A DNA stretch of 63,200 nt, filler included, from Dugesia japonica (taxonomy: Eukaryota), in assembly GCA_001938525.1 (NCBI GenBank). It is 5 parts of 5 records of this genome, joined end to end, with 100 filler letters (N's around TTAATTAATTAA, not from the genome) between each part and the next. Parts side by side here need not be neighbours in the genome. Positions count along the whole stretch, not along the records: positions 17,804 to 30,858 come from MQRL01583435.1; positions 30,959 to 45,077 come from MQRL01641430.1; 3 more parts are not named here. One strand, given 5' to 3'. The notes below the pieces were generated by a model, which was not told the origin of the DNA, searched no databases, and saw only the letters and a program-made list of their open reading frames with translations. The position numbers and the translations under genes are program-made. Shown here one piece after another: positions 24,420-37,860 of this stretch; position 1 is the first letter of the stretch; each line of letters opens with the position of its first letter.

Positions 24420-26370
24420 AAATCGTTTAGGACACCCTATTGCAAACAAAAGAGGGGTTAGACAAGGCTGTCCTCTTTCAATGTTGTTGTTTAACATCGG
24501 CATCAGTCCTATTATTAATGAGGTTTCTAAAACTGAAGGTGGCGGTGTTAAATGTGCTGCACATCCCATATCTTGTTTGGCATATGCAGACGATCTAGCA
24601 CTTGTAGCCTCTTCCAAGGCTAGCCTACAGGATATGGTTCATGTCGCTGTAAAATTTGCAGATTTGTCTCATCTTGATTTTCGGCCGAGCAAGGGCGCAT
24701 ATTTGACTTGTCCAATAAATTGTGAACTTGCTCAAATTGTCGTTAGGTGTGAAGCTATATTAAAACTGTTGAATAATGACTCTTATTGGTATCTTGGGAT
24801 CGATTTTAATCGTGAACACTTTCAAATACCAACGGACATGTTTGCTAAATCTGCAAAGGATCTGGAGAAAATTTCTAACTCCATCCACGCATATCGAACC
24901 TGTATTCATTCTAGGTTCACTTTTGCGTTCAGGAACTTTAATATTCCGTTGGGAAAGTTTGATTGCAGTGAGCATTATGAAAATGGTATTCTTCTTCGAC
25001 CACGAGGTATCGATAAGAGCATTCGCACTAGCATTAGGCAAATCTTGCCTGTTCCAACCACTGCTACATGTGACTATTTGTATAGTTCTCGTAAACTTGG
25101 CGGGGTTGGGTTAACTTCTACGAGGGACGAATATTTCGTACAATCTTTGATTCGAGCTTTTAAAATGCTTACTTGTTTTGACAAGACTGTACGGGATGTC
25201 ACCAGCAATGATCTTGTTCATGCTGTGACTAAGCATCTTAAGCGTTTTGATTTGTGTTCTTTAGACGAATCTCTTGATTGTCTCTCCATAGGTACCACCA
25301 ATTTGAATCTGATGTGTTGGTGGTCTAACGTCCATGACGCAATTGCTTCTCTGTACATATTGTATTACATACAAGTTAAGTTCAAACGGAACGAACATGG
25401 CATTTTTATGCAGATAATCGATTGCTTCTCTGAAGGAAATTACTTAATTTCTTTCAAGGACCGGAGAGGTCTGACTAAGTTGCTTCACTATCTTTTAATC
25501 TTGGCTCACACAAGAAAGTGGAACAATCAGTTTAAAGCAGGAAAGACTATCGACTTCAATCGGTGCCTCTCCTCTGTCAACGAAGCCACTGTTTGATGGA
25601 TCGATCAATATAGAATGCTGGAGTTTCATCCATAAGGCAAGAACAAGCACTCTTCCTATAGGAAGCAATCATGGTATGCCTTTTAAATCTTGCAGGAAAT
25701 GTTAGCTCATCTGGAAACTCAAGCACATGTTCTGTGTCATTATGGTCCTTCTTCTTCATTACGAATTGGAAGACATAATGATGTGCTTGAATTGCTTGCC
25801 AGTTTTATCAGATCAAACACAAGCTACACAGTTGTTGTAGNTCAGACTTGTGAATTTGTCAACAGAACTGATCGTGTCGACCTTCAGCTAATAAACAGAG
25901 ATACCAAGCGTATATTTCTATTGGATGTGAAGATTTCATATGACACATCTGATAACATCACACTAGCCAGAGATAATAATATTCTTAAATACACACCACT
26001 CAAGGAAGACATCTTGAAAAACTTGCATGGTTGAGAAGTCTTCCTTGAGACAATCTCAGTGGGGTGCCTGGGATCTTAGTGTGTAGAAAACGAACCAGTT
26101 TTAAAACAGGTCGGTTTAAAGGCTAGTGTGATTAGGAAATTCGCGTTGATTTCGATCAAGAAATGCATTGCGTGGTCAAGCAAAAATTTGCCCTTCCATA
26201 ACGGACAAGCTGGTGCAAAAGACCATTCTGATGAACAGTGCGGCATTGTTTATGACAGTGAGTCCGATATTGAAGAGTTGGAATGATGTCCAGATTTTTG
26301 GTGTCTTTTGAGTTTTTTTTATTTATTTATTTACTTTTTTTTCATCTCTATTTTTCTTTTTGGTTTTTTT
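24420..26370 (+). mobile_element. 5'-truncated RLE-type (R2/R4/NeSL group) non-LTR retrotransposon
   Basis: RT motifs KRGVRQGCPLSMLLFNI, LAYADDL, YWYLGI, RKLGGVGL; ETQAHVLCH, RHNDVL, RVDLQL...LLDVK...KY restriction-like endonuclease; T-rich 3' region. Confidence 0.92.
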
Positions 26371-26779
26371 ACAGCGTTTTAGCTGTCTGAAGCAGGACTA
26401 GATCTATCCTGGGGAGGGTTTTCTGGCCATGGAGACAATGAAATCTTTCCAAATTTTATTTGGCTTAAGATATGGATAAAGACGTATGATCAAGCTATTG
26501 TCTTTCATATGTAACCCATAAAGAGAACATAAAGTTAGGAAGACATGGTAAATTTAAATAATTTGAAAATATTGTTTATACGATTAAAACTAACATTTAG
26601 ATCTAATAAGAAATAAGAGTTAAATTCATATGCTTGATAATTTTAATTATAAATTTCAATTATAATTTTGGTCAATAATATACAAGTTAATGATTCTGTC
26701 GATGAAACTGTAATAAAAATGACCTGTATGGATGTCATCAAATATTGGAGCTTGATATTTTGAGATTCAATATGGCTGA

Positions 26780-28960
26780 GATAATCCTACCTGATAATTT
26801 TATCGATAAATTATTTAAGATATTTGATGAAATAAAACATGTTAAAATCTAGTTTGTAATTCATGTGGAATTTATTAGGGATGGCGAGATTAAGACTTGT
26901 AGATTAACGAAAAGTGCTGTCTCTTTGTCTGATAAATCTTTCGAAGAACGAATCTAACGATTAAATGAGATTATAGTAAGAAATGAATTCGATAGTAATT
27001 AGATTCTTAGTCGGAGTTTAGAAATGAACTTTAAAGTAACTAAAGTAAGTGATATAAGTAGGTTGTCAAGATGTAGTTATATCCCAATATCTGAAAATCT
27101 TGTGAAGAAAACCGCTGTTTTTAATATTTGAAACAAAAACAGTATGTGCTTCATTTAAAGCATTCTTGATATACACAAACAACTTGTAGTTTAAAAGAAT
27201 AATTATTGAGATTCAACTATAAGAATTATATCAAAGAAAACTCAAGTAATTCCTCCAATTTTGGATGGCGTTTCTGATGAAATGTACTTGAAAGCTATTG
27301 AGACGTGGGAATTCTGTGCTTGTAAGAATTTTTTAGAATATATGATGGTATATTTGAAACTTGATGTTTTTCTTTTAGCGTTTTTTTTCAAAGATTTCTG
27401 GCTAAATCATTAGAACATAACAGGTTAGAACCACTTAGTTTCTTTAAAATTCTGGGAATGAGTTGGGTTTTGGCCTTGATGACTAACTAACTCATTGAGC
27501 TTTTGACTGAAAATTAAATGTACAATTTTTTTGAAGGTGGTATGAGCGGAGTTGCTTTTGTAAATAAACATCATGTAACTACATATGATAATACTGAACT
27601 TTTGTATATAGATAATAATAATCTACATAGTCTGGCTTTAAGCCAAAAAATTATTTATCAGATGAGTTTAAGGATAGTAGACTTATTAAGACTAAGGGAA
27701 AATTTTCTTTTGACCTAGGAACTAGTTTAGAAGTTTTAGAGAAAACTCAAGTAAGAGTTACTTTTGTAAATAAACATCATGTAACCACATATGATAGTAC
27801 TGCGCTTTTTATATAAATATTAATAATCTACATGGTTTGCCTTTACGCCAAAAAATTCCTTTTAAAATCTTTGAATGAGTTTATTGAAATTTGAAAAGAA
27901 TTGGGGTTGATTGCAGAATTTTAGATGTAGATTCATTGTCTTATTGTTATAGTGATGAAGTTGATCTGTTAATTCCTTATGTATTACACGACTACTTAAA
28001 AGACTTACCGATTGCTTTTGAACGACAAATTATACCAGGTACAAAAATTAAAAAAACTATTATTAATACATCATCCTAAGAAAAACTATTTAATAAATTG
28101 TAGGCTACTTCAATTGTATTTAAAAATAGAAGCTGAAGTAACTAAAGTTCATAGAGCTTCAAAATTTAGCAAAGACTAAATTTCTAATGATTATATAGAT
28201 GAAAACCCTACATTAAGGTCTGAATGGGAAAATGTGTTTGATAAAAATTAATATAAATGGCTCAATAATGGTCCTTACGGAAAAATGGTTGAAAATTTTA
28301 AGAAAATAATTACAAAGACATATTGTGACTTATACTTCAAAACTAAGCTTTGAGAAAACTTTAAAAATTGACAATGACTTGATTGCTGTCTAGCTTAATA
28401 TGAAGATTATTTGTTTGGATTATCCGAGTTATATAGAACAATTTGTATTATATTTGTATAAGCTCAGGGTGTCTCAACTACAGTATATTGAATTAGACAA
28501 ATATCGTAAGGAGGAAATTTGTTCTATAAGTATTGTTGGAAGAACACAGACAGCATTTCATTAAAAGTTAAAAATATTAAGTTAAAGAAATTGTTAGGTT
28601 TAATCGTACGAGATACGTTTTTTGATAAATCTAATTGTAGTATTAATCATCAACTTTTCAATTATCACTTGAATTAATTTATAGGCAAATTTAAAGATGA
28701 GTTCAAAGTTATAGGATATAAGAAATGGGTTTTTCTGATACAAAAATGTTACAGTATTCCTAGTTTAAAAACGTCTATGAAGGCTAAGGGTGTAACATTA
28801 AAAAGTACCAACATAAACTCTCAGTGGTATCTTAATTGGTACAACAATAATAAAATAGGGACTCATAACCATCAATTCTATAGCTTTAATGATCCTAAAG
28901 AAGGTTTGACTAATACTGATGACAAAAGAGTATGAGTAGAAAAGAAAAAAAGTCTATCAT
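26780..28960 (+). pseudogene. Protein-primed family B DNA polymerase (Maverick/adintovirus type), decayed
   Basis: WEFCACKNFLEYMMVYLKLDVFLLA; IELLTE..MYNFFEGG; LLYIDNNNLHSLALSQK (DxNNLY); EVDL..P..LHD..KDLP; VTKVHRA; LNNGPYGKMVEN; KAKGV; TDDKRV; many stops. Confidence 0.9.
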
Positions 28961-29207
28961 ATAGACATTAAAGTATTTCAAACCATAATAAACAACTTTA
29001 TCCGCTCAATGTAAAGGTAATACTTTTTTATTTGTTAATCGAAATTTTTAAATTTTATTATTTAGTAATTCAAGGTCCTTTGAGTTTGCATTTCAAAAAT
29101 GTAAAAGGTTTTTTCAACTAAATCTTCATGAATAAAAACGTTGGCCTGAAAATATTTTTATATTTCTGGGGAGATGAGTTGGTACGCCACTTTTTATATA
29201 TAATATT

Positions 29208-30606
29208 TTTAGAAATGAAAATCTTTAATCACGATGCTGATTGGTGGATTCCAATTCTGAGAATTTTAGTAAGATTTTCTTCTTTTTCGTTTTTTTCGTT
29301 TAAAAGATTAAGTTGAACCTGATTGCTAATTTTAGTACCTGGCTTCGCTAATATTGAATGTGAGATTTCTTGCTGACTTCGGATTTCAAGCAGTGAACTT
29401 TAGACTCGTGAATCGATATTCAAAATTTATTAAGGGTAATTTTCTAATTTTTCGGCCACTTATATTGATTCGTTTTTTCTCGATTGATTTTTCATAGGCT
29501 TGACCAAAATCCGTAATCATTCTACACAAATCGTTTTGAATTTTCTGGGAAAAGGTCATTTTTCAATTTATTATTTATTAGTTAATTTATTTATTTTTCT
29601 TAGGATATTCCTTGGCGAATTTAAAAAATAAACAGAAGGCATTTCTAAAAATGAACGGTNNNNNNNNNNNNNNNNNNNNNNNNNNNNNNNNNNNCTTTTA
29701 TTATTTGGTGTTCGATTCTTTTTAATTTTTTAATTTTATTTTATTAATACATTTATTGCTTTGCAGATTTCATTTTTACTGTGAATTGGTTGGGTTTCAT
29801 TGAATAATAATAATTTAATTAATTAAATTCAGAAACAAATATTAAATTAAAAAAAATTAATTTTAATTTATAGACAAACATAAACANNNNNNNNNNNNNN
29901 NNNNNNNNNNNNNNNNNNNNNNNNNNNNNNNNNNNNTTTAGAAATGAAAATCTTTAATCACGATGCTGATTGGTGGATTCCAATTCTGAGAATTTTAGTA
30001 AGATTTTCTTATTTTTCGTTCTAAAAGATTAAGTTGAACCTGATTGCTAATTTTAGTACCTGGCTTCGCTAATATTGAATGTGAGATTTCTGGCTGACTT
30101 CGAATTTCAAGCAGTGAACTTTAGACTCGTGAATCGATATTCAAAATTTATTATGCGTAATTTTCTAATTTTTCGGCCACTTATATTGATTCGTTTTTCT
30201 CGATTGATTTTTCATAGGCTTGACCAAAATCCGTAATCATTCTACANNNNNNNNNNNNNNNNNNNNNNNNNNNNNNNNNNNNNNNNNNNNNNNNNNNNNN
30301 NNNNNNNNATTTATTTTTCTTAGGATATTCCTTGGCGAATTTAAAAAATAAACAGAAGGCATTTCTAAAAATGAACGGTATTTTACTTTGATTATTTTTA
30401 TTTTATTAATACAGCTTTTATTATTTGGCGTTCGATTCTTTTTTATTTTTTAATTTTATTTTATTAATACATTTATTGCCTTGCAGATTTCATTTTTACT
30501 GTGAATGGGTTGGGTTTCATCGAATAATAATAATTTAATTAATTAAATTCAGAAACAAATATTAAATTAAAAGAAATTAATTTTAATTTATAAACAAACA
30601 TAAACA
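29208..30606 (+). repeat. Near-identical tandem duplication (~29208-29886 and ~29937-30606)
   Basis: Both copies run TTTAGAAATGAAAATCTTTAATCACGATGCTG...AAACAAACATAAACA-like with few differences, separated by an N run. Confidence 0.9.
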
Positions 30607-30626
30607 TTCTCAAAATATTCATTTTT

Positions 30627-30858
30627 ATGAAAAGAAAAATTAAATTAGTTTTTTTAACAATATTAATTTTATTATTGATTTCTTACAAATATATCACAGA
30701 ACCTTCTTATGAAACTGTGAAATATAGCTGTAAAGAAAATGATGGTGTTAGACAAATTCTTCATTTATCATGGAAAACAAAAGCGATTCCAAAATATTTT
30801 AATAGATATTTGGAATCATGGAAGAAATGTTTTGGAAATTGGACATTTATGTTTTGGA
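30627..30858 (+). CDS. Glycosyltransferase family 32 (SUR1/OCH1-like) type II membrane protein, 5' part only
   Basis: Basic N-terminus and hydrophobic anchor, then VRQILHLSWKTKAIPKYFNRYLESWKKCFGNWTFMFW (IPxIIHQxWK...P...SW...WxYxFW pattern); cut by the contig end before any DxD. Confidence 0.75.
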
Positions 30859-30989
30859 NNNNNNNNNNNNNNNNNNNNNNNNNNNNNNNNNNNNNNNNNN
30901 NNTTAATTAATTAANNNNNNNNNNNNNNNNNNNNNNNNNNNNNNNNNNNNNNNNNNNNTCTACAAAAATCTTCGTATTTCAGCAAAAAA

Positions 30990-31863
30990 TAATTTTTTTC
31001 AAAAGGTTCATGGCAAGTCGCTCAAAAACATAAGAGGAGTCTAGCACAGCAACTTTGAAACCTTATTTCGTCAACAATATTCAAAATAAAACTTTTTAAA
31101 TATCACCATAATTCCTTATTTATTTTTCTCAATTTCTCAACGTTTTAAAATATTGTAAAATTTAAATTTTTTTTTAATTTTTCGAAAAAAAAATCAATAA
31201 AAATTAGAAAGATTTTTTTTTATTTACAACAAAATATGCAATTTCTGCGCGTCCACGTTCCACACACTAATCAACAATCACCATATCATTATCATTTTTC
31301 AGTGCTCAGAAAAATCGATATTTAACAAACTTTGCACGTTTCCATAGCAACCGTCCCATTCTTCGTCACCAAGGCCAAAATAAAATCTACATTCCACTAC
31401 TAAAATAATCTCTTCAAAAAATTCATCGCAAGTCGCTCAAAAACATAGGAGGAGTCTAGCACAGTAACTTTGGAACCTTATTTCGTCAACACCATTCAAA
31501 ATAAAAAATTTTAATCTCATCATCAAATTCCGCATATTTTTCTAATATTTTCCAAAAAAATATTTCAAATATCCAAACATTTTTTTTTCAAAAATATTTA
31601 AAAAAATTTTAAAAATCCGCCAAATTTTTCGTTGCCATGACAACTGATTTCATGGATAGGGTCACCTCTGACACATACAACGCACCCATCGTAGTGACCC
31701 AGTTCCCCTTAGTTACCGCGCAATATCGATTTTTCTGTCACCGCCACGGTTGCCATGGAAACGGTTCCGATACCGTTTCCATGGAAATGGTCGCGATCAC
31801 GGTTCCGCGACTGTTTCCATTGGTTACGGTCACGATCCCCTACCTACTGTGCTAGACTCCTCC
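30990..31863. repeat. Non-autonomous element with ~415-bp direct repeat units and a 19-bp inverted repeat
   Basis: Direct repeats CAAGTCGCTCAAAAACATA.GAGGAGTCTAGCACAG at ~31014 and ~31429; perfect inverted pair GGAGGAGTCTAGCACAGTA 31448-31466 / 31845-31863. Confidence 0.8.
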
Positions 31864-31874
31864 CTTCTATCTAC

Positions 31875-33665
31875 TTCTAACTACTCTCTCTTCTAATTTT
31901 AAGCTTCAATCTTCTTCAGCCATTCCAATCTTCTGGGTTTGAGTTTTCCTGCAAGGTCTATAGGTATCTGATGTGAGCTTATGAATTTAATTATTTTATA
32001 TGGATCTTCAAATCTTAAACCTTCTTTCTTCAGCTTGTGTAGATCAACCGTTACCCATACTTCTTCCTCCTCATTAAATTGTTTATATGTTTGTCTATCA
32101 AATTCATATTTGTTTAACTTTTTAGCCGGTTCATGTAAGTTTCCATCTGCTATTTCCTTCATTTTTTTATGATCTGAACTTTCTTCTTGCAGTAACTCAT
32201 CTAAAACTATCCTTCTTCCAAAGATGATTTTGAAAGGAGATAATCCAAATGATTTCTGTTGAGTCGCATTCATAGAAAATTGTATTCTTGGTAGTAATTT
32301 GTGCCAGCTTGCTTCCGAGCATCCATATTTTATCGTTGTTACCATCATATCGCTCAAATTTCTAATGCTTCTTTATGTTAAGCCATTTGATTGATGTTGA
32401 TATGGCGATGCGAATTCTTGTTTTATCTCAAATATATCTGCAAGTGATTGCATTAATTTTCCTTCAAATATCTTTCCTCTTTCAGTAAAAAATGACTTCG
32501 GTTTCCCAAAACAAATATATCCATTGCTCTTTTATCGCATCCACCACTATCATTTTATCCTGTTTATTCAATTCTACAAAAGAAACTAACTTACTAAATC
32601 TATCAACCATGAAGAGAACATATTTTTTCTTTGTTTGTGCTTTAGAGAAATGAGCAATACCCATGACAACCTGTTCTAAAGATCGAAATTCTGTTCTTGG
32701 GGTCAGACACTCTTTCGTTCTGTCAATATATGTCTTTCTCACATTGCATATCATACATTTTTTTAATTGGTGCTCTACAATCCGTTTCATATTTGGCCAA
32801 AAATAACTTACATTTAAATATTCTGTCCGTTTTTGTCCTCTCACGTGAGATAATTCTTCGTAAATAAAATCAATAAGTTCGGGTATCGATTGCCCTGCAA
32901 GTATTATTTTCTTTTTGTTATTTTCATTGATAATTAACATTTCATTATTCATCTCAAATTTATCAATTTTTGGAAAATATTTACTTTTCGTCACCATAGC
33001 ATTCAGTTTACTATCACCTTTTCCTTTTTCTATATATCCAATAATTTCTCTTGTAAAATCATTTCTTTGTATTTCTTTGATACGAGATTTATCAAAATTT
33101 GTTTTATCTAATACATTGATTCTTTTAATGCAAGCTTGTTCTCCCTTGGCATCTTGATGTGACGTCTGGCAATGTGAACACCAGCTTTCGCCTATTCTTA
33201 AAAGTCTATTGGCATTTCCATATGCTGCTCCTTTTCTGAATTCTAGATCGAAATTAAATTCTGCTAAATTTGTTATCCATGTTTAGAACTGCGAACTAAT
33301 AGGTTTACTCGTCTTCGTCATAAATGTCAGAGCTTTATGATCTGTTCTTGCTATAAATTTTTTTCCGTATAAATAATGCTTGAAATACACCATAAACTCA
33401 TGCAATGCCAACAACTCCTTGCGAGTTACGCAATATCTTTTTTCACGATTATTTCATGTGCAAGAACCATAAGCTTTTACTCGTTCTAATCTATCGGTTG
33501 TAACTTCGCGTAAAACTCCTCCAATTGCCTCAAAACTAGCATTTGTATCTAATATCATTTCACTTTTATCATTTGGAAAAGCCCAGATAGCAACACTAAC
33601 GTAATTTTTAATATTTGAAAACTATCCTCACATTCTTTTGTTCATTCGATATTTTTTTCATGGCA
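31875..33665 (-). mobile_element. Ty3/gypsy 3' fragment (RNase H, integrase, PPT), related to the element at 45637-52761
   Basis: LDTNASFEAIGGVL, YCVTRKELLA, RTDHKAL, YFWPNM..CMIC, VDRFSK, SPYQHQSNG, GLSPFKIIFGR, FEDPYKI...RRLEWLK; stop followed by purine tract AGAAGAGAGAG. Confidence 0.9.
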
Positions 33666-35799
33666 TGCAGTGGCTGCATATAATAGTGCTACCCCTTTTT
33701 TAATAATTCTGGACGGGCACAGTTTTTTATTTTTAATAGGTCCGCACGGGCACAGTTTTTCTTTAATGATTTCTTGTTTGATTGAGATGGAATTATTTTT
33801 TTATTTTTGTTTAAATTAAATGATTTTTTGTTTAAATGAAGTAAAATTAACGACTTTTTTATTTTTCTTTTAAAGTATATTTCCTAGAGCAATATTAACA
33901 TTAGGAGCGCCGAGCAATATTAACATTAAAATTCAATGTTCCCCGGACAATATTTACATTAGTTACTCAAGTTTCATGCTAATGGATGTTTCCGTGTTCA
34001 TACTTTGAGATGTTAGTTAGAAACATTAGTTGTTACAGGGTACAAACTATGAGATGTCTATGAGTACGCAGTCTTGGCTGTAACCAACATTAGATGATCC
34101 CTGAACAAAACTATTCAATACTCCTGACATTAGATGTTCACAATTCTATTAATGTTAGCTGCTCACCAAAAGAAAGGATTACTATCCCAATGAAAATCAT
34201 TCTTAATATTTATATGCTTAAGTAAAATCATTTTGTCTTGGTATAATTAATGAAATCAGTATATTATTTGTATTCAAAGTAAAATTATTATCAATAGTAT
34301 CATTAAAAATTATTTTCATAATAGTTTTGTTTGAATTCCATACCATTACATTTCCTCCTCCGATATGTACAGTCCGACGGAGCGAATCCATCAAGGTTCG
34401 TTGGCATCCAATCGAGTCCGTTCATGATTGAACTTATCGATCAGCTTGTGTAGTTTTAACTAGACTAAGCTCGATTACAGTATGTGCATCTCTGGCAGCA
34501 ATGCTTCCAAATATACATTGCTACAACTGTACAACCTTTCTAAGAGAAAAACAGTTAGTCGTCAACGACAGTATTTGGCTAGACTTAGATCCGCAAAATG
34601 GTAAAGAATTCAAAGTCAGTGGTTATAAATTCAATGCATGATATTGAATAAATCTTTAAATTAAATCATTACAGAAAATCATTACTTATTATCATTAAAA
34701 ATAAAAGCATTACTAAAAATTCATTAAGTTAAATCATTAAAGAAAAATATTACCGTTTAAATAAAATTATTACNNNNNNNNNNNNNNNNNNNAAATCCTT
34801 ACTTATTGTCAAATAACAATGATCATAATTCATAATAAGTTACAATATTTCCAATAACTTTAATCATTACATTAAGAATTAATAACAATTAATATCTGAA
34901 AATCAATTTATTAACGGAAAGGAAACTAATAATTTTAAAACATTAAACTTTAAAACTTTTACTTAAAATAAAATCATTACGAAAATTATTAAAATTAAAG
35001 AAAATCATTATCGTTTTAATTTAAATAAAAAAAATCCTTACCTATTTTCATAATTTATCAAATTTTATAATAACATTGCTCACAATAAATTTTCATATTA
35101 TATATTTATCACAAATCATAAAAGGTTTTCCTAAATAATCTAAAATAAAATTAATATTATAGCAAATTAAATAAATTTCTTACTTGATATTGTTAAAATG
35201 GCGAAATTATAATGAAATAATATGAAATTATTCCATTCAAGCCATATTTAATTAATATGCTTAAACAAAATTATTTAATAATGAATAATTGTTTGACAAA
35301 TTTTAATTAATATGATTTAGCAAAAATCAATTTTAAAAAACATTAATTCTAACTGATCAATTTTAAATTTTAATTTATATTAATTTTAAACTATTTAATT
35401 TTGATTCTTATTAAATTTAAACAGATATATTTTGATTCATAATAATTATAAGCTGCTAAACTTTGATTCATATTAATTTCAAGCTGTACAATTTGATTTG
35501 TATTCATTTAAAACTGTATAATTTTGATTCTTATTAAATTTAAACTGTTAAATTCTTATTTTAAAATTTTATGAATTTTAAGGTTTATGATGAAAGTTGT
35601 ATTTTCAATGACNAGTTCTATACTTTCTATATAGTTGTCTCTAATTTTCTTTGATGACTCGTGTATTTACCATGATGATACCTGTATATTCTATAATGAA
35701 GTGTCTATGTTTTAAGATGAAACTATATTTTTCCATGAAAATTGATTATTTTCCATGTTGAAGTGTTTATTTTCAATAATTAATCATATATTTTACATT

Positions 35800-37860
35800 G
35801 TGGTTAAACCTTTAGTGGGTTCTAGAATTTTGAGTGATGGAATGAAATTTTAAAGAATTGACTTAGAAATTTCAATTTGATGAACTATATTTTTAGTGTG
35901 ATGGATTATAAGTTTAACTAGTCGGTTTGAAATTTTATCTGATGACTTAGAGATTTTATTATCTTCTATGTAATCTTTGAATATTAGTGAATACTTCTAT
36001 GTGATTTATAAAACTTTTTAATAGAAATATACAATGTTTGAAATGTTTTATTGACTTATATGTATTTTTAAATAATTTTAATGACTTCTATATAACTTTA
36101 TCACAAAGAATTATAATATTTATGTACTGGTTTAGAAATTTAATGTGTCTACTTAGAGTTTTACTGTGATTGAATGATATTTTATGAGATAGTATTAAAG
36201 TTTTAGTGTAATGTGCTACAATTCTGTGTGATGGATTGTAATTTCTGTGAGATAAATTATAATTTTTATGTGTTGGCTTAGAAATTTACTTGTTCAGTTT
36301 TATGGTTGAATCAGACTTTTGTAAGGCGGATTATAATTTTAAAGCGTTGAATTAGAAATTTCAATGTGATGAACTATATTTTTAGTGCGACATTATACGT
36401 TTAACTTGTTGGTTTGAATTTTTGTGTGTTAACTACGAAATTTTATGTAACAAACTAGAAATTATGTGTTAGCTTAGACATTTTGTGTTGGCTTAGAGGT
36501 TTTATGAGTTTTCTAAGAATTATGTTTGATAAAAGTATTTTTAGTGCATGAATTATATAATTTTTATGTGTTGACTTAGAATTTTGTGTAATTAATTATA
36601 ATTTTAATGTAATAGGTTTCAGTTTTAGTGCGATAGAATGTAATTTTAGTGTGATGAATTATAATTTTTATGTGTTGACTTAGAAATTTTATGCATTAAA
36701 ATGTAGAGTTTTACTTGTTGAGCTTTAATTTATATTGGGTGGATTAGACCTTTGTGAGATGGATTATACTTTGATGTATTGACTTATATATTTTATGTGA
36801 CGGAATATAATTTTAGTGTACCGATTATAGTTTTAAAGCGATGACTTAGAAATTTTAATGTGATGAACTATATTTTTAGTGTGATAAGTTATAATTTGTA
36901 TGTGTTGGCTTAAAAATTGTATGTGTTGACTTAGAAATTTACTTGTTGAGTGTTAATTTTTATGCGTTTAATTCGACTTTTGAGAGAGCGTTGACTTAGA
37001 AATTCCAATGTGATGAACCACATTTTAGTGTGACAGATTTTAAGTTTAACTTTTGGTTAAAACTTTTATGTGTTTACTAAAAAACTTTAAGTGACAAACT
37101 AAAAATTATGTCTTGGTGTAGAAATTTTATGAGTTGCCAAAGAATTTTGTGTGATAAAATGTGATTTTAATGTCTGGATTATAATTTTAAAGCCTTGATT
37201 TAAAACGTTCAATGTGATGGGTTATTAATTTATTTAGTTGGTTAGCTTTGTAATTTATGAAAAGTTTTTATAACTTCTTTGTATTTTTTGAAATGTTTTC
37301 TTGACTTCCATTTAATTTATAATAATTTTTAATGACTTCTATCTAATTTTAGGGTTATANNNNNNNNNNNNNNNNNNNNNNNNNNNNNNNNNNNNNNNNN
37401 NNNNNNNNNGATGAAATGTAATTTTTATTTGTTTGCTTAAAGTTTTTACATGTTGAGTGTTAATTTTGTTTGACGAAATTGTAATTCATATGATGGAATT
37501 CAATTTTAGTGTGATGAATGGTAATTTTGAAGACTTCAATTGACTTCTAGTATCTCTTTGAAAATTTTTATTGACTTCTATGTAATGTTTTGAGAATTTG
37601 AAAGTTATCGATTACTTCTATGTAATTTATGAAAAATTTGTATGACTTTTATCAAATCTTAATGTTTATTTTTATTTTCATGAGTTGAGTAAATATTTTG
37701 TGTGATGGATTATAATTTTATACGATGGGTTATATCTTTTATTGTTGGTTTTAGAAATTTTCATGAGTTAACTTAGACATTTATGTGATTGAATGCAATT
37801 TTAATGTGATGGATTATAGTTTTTTATGTATTGGCTTAGAAACGTATATGATTGAATATA
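35800..37860. repeat. Degenerate ~21-bp minisatellite array with higher-order duplications
   Basis: Recurring units TTTTAGTGTGATGGATTATAA and GTGTTGACTTAGAAATTTT; ~130-bp block repeated at ~36343 and ~36988. Confidence 0.75.
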
